Shown: positions 25,833 through 36,400 of the stretch, piece after piece
Layout of the letters: every line of letters begins with the position of its first letter
How positions within the stretch are numbered: position 1 is the stretch's first letter
NCBI RefSeq assembly: GCF_030028105.1
Contig: NC_092387.1
Coordinates: forward strand, 37,209,590-37,273,589
From: Mobula birostris
Lineage: Eukaryota
Length of the DNA stretch: 64,000 bases
Direction: 5' to 3'
The notes under the pieces: model-generated
The model's input: the letters and a program-made list of their open reading frames with translations, nothing else
Database searches by the model: none
What the model was told of the DNA's origin: nothing
Program-made: the position numbers and the translations under genes

Positions 25833-25973
25833 GTTTATCAATGACATCATTGAAGTGCTTGTAGTTGATGGTGCCATTGCACTTTACGTCATATTTACTA
25901 AATAGGGCATTGCTCTCCTCAAGAGTGAGACGAATCCCTATGGTTTGGTCCAAGCATCGCAGGAACTGAGATC
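25833..25973 (-). CDS. Unnamed multi-EF-hand protein, coding exon B
   Basis: tctgtcttacag acceptor, C|gtaggt donor, 141 nt, phase 1 to 1. Reads (R)SQFLRCLDQTIGIRLTLEESNALFSKYDVKCNGTINYKHFNDVIDK, with EF-hand loop DVKCNGTINY. Confidence 0.87.
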
Positions 25974-27128
25974 CTGTAAGACAGATAAATAGAATATAAT
26001 TACTAGGCCATTGATTGTCATATGAACGAATTTCTTAGCAGGAAGCACACTCAATATTGCAGTTGTAAACTACACAGTTCTAAATAGCCACTCCTAGGCT
26101 AGCGACATCAATTGGTGTTGCAATTTGGCATTGTATCCAATATTGCCAACAGGAGAGAAAAACAGGGATGCTCGCTACCATAGGGCATAGTTAATGCACT
26201 TATGCATAGAAATAAGGGAGGCTGGATAATAACCAGAGTAAGAAAGCAAATGAAGCTTGAGTTAAGAAGTACAGGAGATGTGCTGTATTGAGCATAAATA
26301 TCAACAAAGATCAGTGGGAGTAAATAGTTCATTACTCCTGTGATATGGGCTCAATGTTGTGTTATCTCGGTTAATGTGGTTATGTTGGGAGTGTTTGATG
26401 TTGACTACCTGATCTGTCACAGGGTTTTGCATTAGTTATCTAAACCTATCAGAGTAGATTAATGTGATAATAAATGGAATAAACAAATAACATGCTATTA
26501 CACAAGAGCTAACTCATCTCCAAACACAAATAATTTATCATGTGATAACCAAGTATAGAGAAATGGGTAAAGCATGTCCATCATCATGCTGATAGATGAG
26601 GAAATATTTAAATCTGAATAATGTAACAAATTCTAACCAATCCATTTAAGACAAAAAAGAATCCCAATGAAGTGCAGAAATGGAAATAAGAATTTAAGGA
26701 GCAAATGAGCGCCAAATGAAGAGAGATTGAGCAAGAGTGAGATGTGGGTAAACAATATGAAGGAAAAGAATGAGCATATTCATGAGTAGAATAAAGATTT
26801 CGCGATGGGATTTAGGCCATATTTCCAATGTTGCTTTACTCTAATTTCTCTTCCCTCTAATTGTCTCCTTTTTGAGTCAGGATTATTTCCTCTCCTTATG
26901 AACCATAAGGAATAAGTTGGTGTGTGTGTGTTTGTTTCTGTTACTGGCAACTCCCAGGCTCACAAACCTGATTCCCTTGCTTTCATCACTCACTCCCACT
27001 GAACAGTGCAGCTGAACGGCATTCATAGTGATAGTATCGAACAATATAATAATCTGTATAAAATTCATACAGTACAGATGCTTGGGATACTTCGCTAAAC
27101 ATTTTCAACTTGTGTTTTTTTGACTTAC

Positions 27129-27240
27129 TTGTTATATAACCACTGCGTAATTTGTCATAATCTCCAAAGTACTCAGAAATACGAATCCTTTTAGCTAAGA
27201 CTGTATTTCTTATCCTGTTTTCAACAGCTTCAACATCCAT
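27129..27240 (-). CDS. Unnamed multi-EF-hand protein, coding exon A (putative start ATG at 27240)
   Basis: ttttatttttcag acceptor at 27245-46, then TGAA-ATG, and an A|gtaagt donor. Reads MDVEAVENRIRNTVLAKRIRISEYFGDYDKLRSGYIT, with EF-loop-like DKLRSGYIT. An upstream exon is implied but was not located. Confidence 0.87.
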
Positions 27241-28253
27241 TTCACTGAAAAATAAAACAAAACACTTTAATTAGAATTCAGAAACATGCACAATTCTACT
27301 TAACATGATATTGCAACTGTATGTTGAGCCAAAGTATCCATAGTCAATGGAGAACTTTTGAAATATGGTAAATGATAAAATAATTTGATTTGTAAAATTG
27401 GAAGTTGGAACATATTAAATAAGATATCCTTTGAAATTATTAAAGGCCTACATTAGGCTATTGCTTGAACATTTTCTACTTTAAGGATAACATTCAATCT
27501 ATTCATATTGATACAAGCACCCTGACATCATGTAAGTTTTTTATTTGCCTTCCCCATTTGCCTTTTGTTATCCATTTTCTTAAACTATTCACAGTATCCC
27601 ATGTCCAATGTAATCAAGTTACATCAAGTTAACATAACTTCTCTGCTTTGAATTCCATGCTTCCAGGAAGAAATCCCAGAGCAATGTCTGCATTCTTTTG
27701 TGGTCTTTTTGATATGTTGAGTTATTTTTAATAATTTGCAAACATATATTCATAAATTTTTTTACCTCTAATCCATTCAAACTCATCTATGGATTTGAAA
27801 GGGGCACGACTTTCCTGCAAATTTTTTTAATAAAACTTTGAGTCAAGGTAAATATTGTCAATTTGCATGCATCAGTGGTGTGACTGCTGAGGCTTTTGTT
27901 TGTTAGCTGTAAATTCTGACAGAAGATTTAACGATCAGTACTGAGGAGCTGGGAACATGATTTGAACTGATGTTAAAAGCTTTTGTAAGATTATTTCAGT
28001 TAATGCCTATGGCATAAGACATAGGAAGAATGACATTCCACTTAGTTTTACTGTTTGATTTTCATTTTGGAAACTAACATAACTAGCCTGTTTGAAACTA
28101 TGAACTTTCTGGTCTCTTTCATCCTTCCCAACGGTGGCGCATTGATAACAACAAATTTTTAAATTAATTTGCTGTTGCTTTAGCTACTTAAGACTTCCCT
28201 TTGTCTGGCTGTTGTTGATAAAGTCAGCATTTATTGACCCTGCCTAATTGCCC

Positions 28254-28466
28254 CGCTGGTGGCATAGTGGCATCAGCACCGGACTTTGGAGCGAAGGCTC
28301 CCGAGTTCGAATCCAGCCGGCTCCCTTGCATGCTTTCCATCCATGCTGGGTTGAGCGTCGAGCTAGCAACTCGGCCTCGTAAAAATAAGAAAGCCTGCTA
28401 AAAAAAACACCATCATGACAGTGTCCCGATGACTCCACTCGGAGTTAAGGGCCTTCTTCTTCTCTT
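28254..28466 (+). mobile_element. Young tRNA-derived SINE with (CTT)n tail
   Basis: A box tggcatagtgg, B box gagttcgaatcc, and TSD ctaattgccc on both sides. An older copy lies at about 46280-46430. Confidence 0.8.
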
Positions 28467-28524
28467 CTAATTGCCCTGAGAAGGTGGTGATGAGCCATGT
28501 TCATTTACAAGCCCATGGTGTGTG

Positions 28525-28790
28525 GGTCCACGGTAGCGTAACGGTTAGCGTAATGCTTTACAGCACCAGCGATTGAAGATCGGGGCTCAGTTCCCTCCGC
28601 TGTCTGTAAGGAGATTGTACGTTCTCCCCATGATCGCATGGGCTTCCTCCAGATGCTCCAGTTTCATCTCACATTTGATGTACGAGTTAGGGTTAGTAAG
28701 TTGTGGGTTAGTAAATCGAAATATCTGCTGTACTCTTTTCAGATGCTGCCTGGCCTGCTGAGTTACTCCAGCATTTTGTGTGTGTTGCTT
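28525..28790 (+). mobile_element. HE1/V-SINE-like element followed by a PLE pLTR end
   Basis: cacggtagcgtaacggttagc...tgggcttcctccagatgctccagtttc, then gatgctgcctggcctgctgagttactccagcattttgtgtgtgttgc. Confidence 0.6.
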
Positions 28791-30136
28791 GGCTCATTTT
28801 GTTGTATGTTTCGATATACTGTACTGTGAGGGTAGCCGGCAGGCCTCATACCCCGGCGAGATAGGGACATGCCTGTCCTGGCTTGTGAAGTCAGCCCCGG
28901 CAGACTGGGCAGATGAGATCTCCAACGAGATCCAATAGCCAGGAAGGTGGTTCTGCAATGTGCCATGGAGAGCGAAGGGCACAACATGGCACAGAGATGT
29001 AATGGTCATCCAGTGCAACCAAGGAAGACCTCAGCTTGTGATGTTTGTTCATGCCTCTGGACCCAGACTTCTGAGGTCAAGAGAGTGGAACTGCCCCAGT
29101 TCAAAGGCTTTCCCACTTTAAAAATTCTCTGGCACTGGTTTCCTGTCATCATTGGATACAATAGAAAACCACCATCAGTCCTGTGCCGCAACTGCACCAG
29201 GCTGGCATTCCATACTTAGGAATGCCCAAAGGCATGCCCTTCTCCACAACTCATTGAAGCAGAATTGATCTTCCGGTTTGATAATGCTAGCAATACTGTA
29301 CTGTACAGATTAATACATTTTCTTTGAGCTATGATTTGAGAAAAGTGACAACATTGATAAGCTGTTAGTTGTTAGATCAATGCTTAAAATTCAGGCATGT
29401 TATATTTAAAACCATCTGCTATTTCCAAACCCAGTTCACAGTGAAAGTGCCATTTGTATGTATACAGCACACAACATCTAAAGAATGGCTTGAGATAGTA
29501 CACCTCCGATAGCAACCGTTAGCTTCATCTTCACTTGTTATTTGAGCATTAGAAGTGGTTTGAGGTTGCTGAGCTTCTGGGAACTGATCCTGAAGTACAT
29601 ACTAACATAAGTTCTAAAAAAAAAAGCCCTGGATTTATTCAGCATCTTACATGATGTCAAAACACCTTGTGGTTGCAGGTCTTAAAATGTGTTGGTTGGT
29701 AGGGTAGTCAGCCATTGTAAATTTCCCCTAATGAGTAGGTGAGCTGTAGAGCCTGAGGTGAGGAATGGGGCATGGGGGGGGTGGGGGGGGCGGGAAGAAT
29801 AAAATGGATTAGGATAGTGTTATATTTTATAGCTCCTAAACATAAAACTAACTGAAAGCAAAAACATGGAGCCGGGAATGCATGGCTTAGTATCATGGCA
29901 TATGACATGGTGGCGTGATTACGTATGCCATTCACGTACTTTTACATATAACCCATAATGAATTATTCAAATCATCATGAACGCTTAATTAAATATTTAC
30001 GATATTACTCAAATACGCTGCATTACTGAAATATTAAATAGTTTTGGCGTAAAAAAATGGGTACTGGGTGGTCAGCAGATACTTGATGGCCTGAAGAGCC
30101 TGTTTCTGTGCATTATCTTTCCATGACTCCCTGTAA

Positions 30137-30880
30137 AGGCTGATTTGTACTTGTGCGTACTAGCTTACACTGTAGCCTACGCAAGTGGGCCACGCTGTTG
30201 TGAGCATTTATACTTGTGCGTTGGTGTGTCCGTGTCGCTCTGCAATTCACTGCCAAAATGCTAATTGGTGGTGGGGTTTCTATGCCACTGTGTTGAGTTT
30301 CTTCGTGTTGAAACTCAACACGAAGAAACTCAAACTTCAAACAATGGCGATTGAAACTGAAGGAGGGTGAATTTTCTGTGCTTGTCCGGCCACTGAGAGA
30401 TATGGGTGAAGAAATGCATTTCAAATATTTTCGAATGTAGACTTGAAGATTTGGTTCATCGTCTCCAACCATTTATTTCACATCAGTGTACGCATAGTAT
30501 ACTCTGAGACTGGCAATCATCATTCAAGTTTTAACTTCAGGTGGAAGTCAACAGGCTGTAGCAGCTAGCTACAAACTGGCATCAAGCACAGGGTCCTCCA
30601 TAATTTCAGAGGTCTGTAGATTTATGGAAAGCATCGCAGCCAGAGTTCCTTCCCTGCCTTTCAGTCGCCCAATGGCAAGCTGTTGCAGCGTAGGAGGAAA
30701 TGCAACGCTACCAAGCCGACCAATCACAGTTGTTGTGGTCTGCGACGCCGCGACGCATAGTTACATTTTGGGAGAGGTGCGCATTAGGCTACGGCGTAGG
30801 GTTGGTGTAGAGTACAGCATAGGGTACGCTGCTACGCCGTACCTATGGCGTACATTTGACGCACAAGTATAAATCAGCCT
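30137..30880 (+). mobile_element. PIF/Harbinger DNA transposon, internally deleted
   Basis: 22-bp TIRs aggctgattt(g/a)tacttgtgcgt with TAA TSD (30134-36, 30881-83). Transposase remnants HFKYFRM and [37 protein letters not shown]. Confidence 0.85.
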
Positions 30881-31843
30881 TAAGGAAGGAGTTAAATGTG
30901 ATTCCTCCTTGGCATATGCTAAAATAGAAAGGAAGTCTGCAAGACAAAGTGGTGTTAGCTTGGAGTGGGATTGTTTTGAGAACATACAGTACAAGAGAAC
31001 CAGTCCACAGCAATGTTTTGATAAAGTCAAAGAAGTACAAATCTGCAGCCATAATAGTGGAAGTTGTGAAAAACCTGTTTACTGAGCAGAAGGTTGAAAG
31101 AGATAAGGGGGGTGGGGGGCGGGCTGCTGCTGGTACCACCAAGGGATATACAAGTACTGGAGTAAGAGGTTTTGATGGGTATAAAAAGAGGCATTTTCTT
31201 TGTGCAGGGGGAGTTTTGTCTTAGGCTATGTCATGGCCAGTGCTTGTGCTAAGATGGGGAACAGTACATTGAGTCAGTGTTAGAGTCAGAGAGAAAGAAA
31301 ACACAGGGTGCATGAAATTTTGTTCCCCCGCCCCCGACCTTGCAGAGATTGATTTGTTTAGTGGATGATCAGTACTATTTTGATTTCTGTATTGCTACTA
31401 CTGTAGATATTTGTTTTTCTTTCTGTATGGCATTTGTGCCAGTTCTAAAAAAGTGTTTTCTTGTGACTTAACACATGTGAAATGTCTCCTTTGTTTGTGA
31501 ATGCATATGCGAATACCCTGAGTTGAATAAGGGAAGAACACAGAACGAATTTTAATTTTTTTCTTCGTTACACTTGACGCACAAAGCCTCATAGATGCCC
31601 AGTTTTGTGTTGCCAGAGCCGTTCTGAATCTATTCCGTTTAGGACAATTGTAATGCCACTCAAGCTCTCTGTTAAAGCAAGGACTATCTTCACACAAAAA
31701 AAAAATCCAATTTCAGGGGCATGATGTGAGTGAATGAGTTTACTCCAATAGATGCCAGCACAGATTTGATGGGCAGAATATCCTCTTCAACCTAGTAATG
31801 ATTCAATGATTCTTGATTTCCACAAACAGGTGATCTAGCTTCT

Positions 31844-31955
31844 GCAACACACATCAAAGTTGCTGGTGAACGCAGCAGGCCAGGCAGCATGTCTAGGAAA
31901 AGGTACAGTCGACGTTTCGGGCCAAGACCCTTCGTCAGGACTAACTGAAGGAAGA
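31844..31955 (-). mobile_element. Very short solo PLE pLTR end
   Basis: Nearly identical to 21016-21125 and 43698-43808. It is truncated just upstream of the hammerhead. Confidence 0.85.
31906..31943 (-). ncRNA. Minimal type I hammerhead ribozyme, canonical core
   Basis: The minus strand reads UAGUC-CUGACGA-A-GGGUCUUGGCCC-GAAA-CGUC-GACUG. Stem I is UAGUC/GACUG, stem II is GGGU/GCCC, stem III is the palindromic ACGU, and the cleavage triplet is GUC. Confidence 0.85.
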
Positions 31956-34175
31956 CCCAGATTTCATTTCAACTTTGATTTAATTTTGATCCTCCCTATT
32001 CTTCCTTATGTCTATGTTCAGTGTTGGCTGAGGTTTAGGGTTCAGTTTCAACTTTCCAGTTTTAAGCATCATTTTCAGTACTTTATTTATTCTCTAACTT
32101 TTAACATTAAAAGAAGCTTGGACAATTGTTTTTCATGAATTAGCTTTGACACTGCACTTCCAAATATTATAGAAGTTGAACAATTAACTAATTTTAGTAT
32201 CTGAAACCCCCCCTCCCCACTTGTCACTTGCCATGACAGGAAATGGAAATGGAGAAAAATATACCACAAGGCCTCGTGTATTGTCATATCTTTAAATTTA
32301 TGTTTCTGCTTGAAGGCGAGATAACACATATAGCCCACTAACCTTCAATTAAAAAACTGTCTAATATAGGTTTATATTATAGCCAATTGTATTTTTGGAT
32401 AAATCTTTTGTACGATTACAAGGGCTCTGCCTGTATTGATTGATAATACAAAGTAACAAGATTAAACATTTCTCAACTGGATGACTACTAGCAATTAATG
32501 TAAGTGAATGTGAAGTTTTGCTGAAAATGATATAATTTAAGCTCCTCATTTGCTGGAATATTTCATACACATCTTCAGTTCTAATATTGGAAATATTAGC
32601 CAAATATTGATTGACATGACATTTTCTGTAAGATTACCCACTAATATGTACTCTTTCCATTAAATCTTGGCAAAAATTTCAAATACATTCATTGTGTTAA
32701 TTCAAGATTAATTCAATAAAAATTTTTTCTGCAGCATGCTCCAAACAATAAGGCCTATATTTTTTTTTAACAATTATCATAGCTTTAAAGTTAGCTGAGA
32801 GGCAGAAAAAGAGACTAGGTATAAATAGGGTTTTCTCTTGAGGTGCCAATGTTGACAAGTGGGGTTTGGGCCCCAGCTATTCATCTATATCAATGGTTTA
32901 GACAGTAATGCTTGTATATTTGCTGACAACATTAAATATGAACGTTGAGGAGGAGGAAAAGAGGCTCCATGGGGATACAGACAAGCAAGCAGGCAAATAC
33001 ACAGTACAGTACTTTAGAATCAGAATCAGAACCAGGTTTAATATCACTGGCATATGTCGTGAAATTTGGTGTTTTGTGGCAGCAGTACATTGCAATACAT
33101 GATTTTTTAAAACTATAAATTACAATACATATGCAAATAAAAAATGATATAAGTAGTGCAAAAAGAAACCCAAAAAAATCACATCATCAGATCAACATTC
33201 ATCTTACCAAATCTCATTAGCTCTTTGTTTCTTTTCCTGTCAGTGTCTGCTTCGTACTGTACATGTTTTCCTTCTTCTACTCACACATCTTTGCCAGAAA
33301 TTATCTCTCAGTCTGTATGGCCCTATTTGTTTCTGTGTCTGGATAGCTGTTGTATTATTGCTAGTTTCCCCCTCTCCCAATAAAACTCCAAATGTGTTCT
33401 TAAGATTTATAGTCTTTCACTTTGCTTTTCTGAGACCACAGACCACTCTTACATTTCCTGTGTTAGCCCTTTGCAGTTCTCTGTCAATCTTTATGTGTGG
33501 ATATTTGTTCTATTATATTTGTCTCTCTTAATCCAAAGGTACCCTTGCATCCCTCTGCACAATTCAGTCACCCTCATTCTTTATAATTCCTGTGTTTCTT
33601 TCTCTCTCCATTCTTTCATATCTGAAAGTAGTGTCATAGGTAGACAGGTGGGGAAGAAGGCATTTGGTTCAAGTGTTCAAAGATTCATTTATTATCCAAG
33701 TATACAGCTCTGAAGTTCTTCAATTCTCCGGGTAGTCATGAAACCAAGAAAGAAAAGAAAGGCAGCACTATCATCAACCACAAATCCCACCTCCCCCCCA
33801 AAAAATGTGCAAAAAAGCAACAGAACAGTCGCATCAACCCCTAAATCCCTCCTCCCATGCAAAAACCGAGCAAAACGGATCAGGCACATCAATCCCCAAA
33901 CACTCCTCCCTTCTCGAGGTCAAAAGATTTTACTTTTACCAGAGCTCCATGGTGCTACATTTGGCATGTGCTTCCTTGATGACAAAGGTAGTCTTGCCTC
34001 TGGAATTCAGATCGTTGGATCAAGACTGCGGTGAGATCAGCCATGTTGATTCTGATTCCGAGTTCCGGTGAAACCCAAACTGCCAGTCAGTGATATTGGA
34101 GGATAAGTGCCATTTGGCTGGGTACTAACTAACCAAATTATACAGCATTTGTCCTGCTTCTTGTGAACACGACAT

Positions 34176-34783
34176 ACCATATAACCATATAACAATTACA
34201 GCACGGAAACAGGCCATCTCGGCCCTTCTAGTCCATGCCGAACTCTTACCCTATCCTATTCCCACCGAACTGCACTTAGCCCATAACCCTCCATTCCTTT
34301 CCTGTCCATATATCTATCGAATTTAACTTTAAACGACAACATAGAACCTGTCTCAACCACTTCTGCTGGAAGCTCATTCCACACAGCTACCACTCTCTGA
34401 GTAAAGAAGTTCCCCCTCATGTTACCCCTAAACTATTGTCCTCTAATTCTCAACCCATGCCCTGTTTGAATCTTCCCCACTCTCAATGGAAAAAGTCTAA
34501 CCACGTCAACTATATCAATCCCCCTCATAATTTTAAACACCTCTATTAAATCTCCCCTCAACCTTCTACGCTCCAAAGAATAAAGACCTAACTTGTTCAA
34601 CCTTTCTCTGTAACTTAGGAGATGAAACCCAGGTAACATTTTAGTAAACCTCTTCTGTACTCTCCCCATTTTATTGACATCCTTCCTATAATTCGGTGAC
34701 CAGAACTGTACACAATACTCCAGATTTGGCCTTACCAATGCCTTATACAATTTCAACATTACATCCCAACTCCTATACCTCAA
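34176..34783 (-). mobile_element. Young CR1 LINE 3' end
   Basis: Open frame MLKLYKALVRPNLEYCVQFWSPNYRKD...RRLRGDLIEVFKIMRG with an (atatggtt)n tail. Confidence 0.9.
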
Positions 34784-34784
34784 G

Positions 34785-35760
34785 GATTAACCTTATTCAG
34801 TATATATGTATAGTTATATATATTGGGAATTTGCTGTGTTGTGTTGGTCAGGGTGCGACATGCAACAAAAATCAACAACATTCAACAATTATAAAAAATA
34901 AAAATATAGTTAGAAGTAAATGTACGGATATGGAATAAATACCAGCATGTATTTACAATATAAACAACATTATAAACAGTGGTTTAAAGTGTTTACAGTG
35001 CAGTGTAGTGATGGGGTTGATAGAGGGTGGGGAGGTCTAACTAGCGGGGAGGGAATGTTGACTCAGACCATGAGAGGCCTGCGTCGGGCATTTTTCATGC
35101 CTTACAAGGCGCAGATTGGAAGTCTGTGTGGGGCGCCACTCCTCGCACAGACACTAGAGCAGTGTGTGATTAAGTGCCTTGCTCAAGGGCACAAACTCGC
35201 TGCCACAACTAGACTGACTGATCAAATTAACTGTTTGAGAAAAGAAGGCATGAAGCATTGCTTTTAATAGTCCTACAGCACTTTCCAGAAGGAAGCTTTC
35301 GGAAAAGGCGGTTTGGAAGGTAGGTTGTGTCTGTAATAATATTTCCTGCCTGATTCTTTATCCTGGAGCAAGTCCTGCAGTGATGGCAGACTGCAGCCAA
35401 TGACCTGACAGTTTGCCATGGTTTTCGCATATTGAGAGAGGATTCAGCACCAACCTGGACTGTAATAGTTGATGCGAGGACGCTTTCTATAATGGCACTG
35501 TAGAAATATACCAGTATGTTCTGGGAAGATGGAATTCAACCAACTGCCACAAGAAATGCATCCTCTGTTAAGCCTTTCTGTTTATTGAAGGAAACATGGT
35601 TCTCCCATATTAGGTCCTGCAAAATAACGCTGGTCATGAAGCTGACTGCTGAAACAGTGCTCAGTGTGGGGTTGTTGATGGTGAGTGGAGAGGGAATACA
35701 TTTCTCCTGGAGTTGATATGCTTCTCCATAGTTTTAAGGGCATTCAGCTCCAAGATTTCT
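34785..35760 (-). mobile_element. Degenerate Rex/Babar LINE 3' end with nested SINE fragment (about 35046-35206)
   Basis: Translation RLFRKLPSGKCCRTIK. The insert contains the SINE motif gtgcccttgagcaaggcacttaa on - and is flanked by aactag on both sides. Confidence 0.6.
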
Positions 35761-36039
35761 AAAAGACTTTCGATAGGTACGTGGATGTGAGGGAAATGGA
35801 AGTATGCAGATATTGTGGAGGCCGAAGGGTTTAGTTTAATTGGTTGTTTGATTACTATTTTAATTGGTTTGGTGCAACGTTGTGGGCTGTAGGGCCTGCT
35901 CCGTGTAGTACTGTTCTAAGTTCCAAGTTCATGTTGCTTCACTATGCCTTGCAAGGCATGATCCAACAAGTTCTACAGCAGTAGAAATCACAGTGATGAC
36001 CTTTATATTAAGAGATGGAAATGTCATTAACCCTTCACA

Positions 36040-36400
36040 ACATCAAACAGTACAGCAGAGAACGTGCCCTTTAGCCCACAATGTCTATGCCAACCTTAAT
36101 ACCAAGTCAAACTAATCCCATGTGCTTGCACACAGTCTAGATCTCTCCATTCCCCTACTTGTCCAAATGCATCTTAAATAATGCTATCATATCTGTTTTG
36201 ACTGCTTCACCTGGTAGCACGATCCAGTCACCTACCACTCTCTGTGCCACAACTTTAGCCTTCGCACAACTCCTTTAAGCTTTCTCCCCCTCATGTTAAA
36301 TCTACACCGTCTAGTATGTGACATTCTCACCCCGGGGAAAAAAACCCCTCTGGTTATTTACTCTATGTCCCCTCATGATTTTATCTACTCATACTAGGTC
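36040..36400 (-). mobile_element. Old CR1 LINE 3' end
   Basis: Degenerate match to the other CR1 3' ends (cctaccactctctgtg, tctatgtcccctcatgattttat). Confidence 0.6.

Noticed and set aside
28254-28326. tRNA-like sequence with A and B boxes
   Set aside because: It continues into a SINE body with a tail and TSD, so it is a SINE head rather than a tRNA gene.
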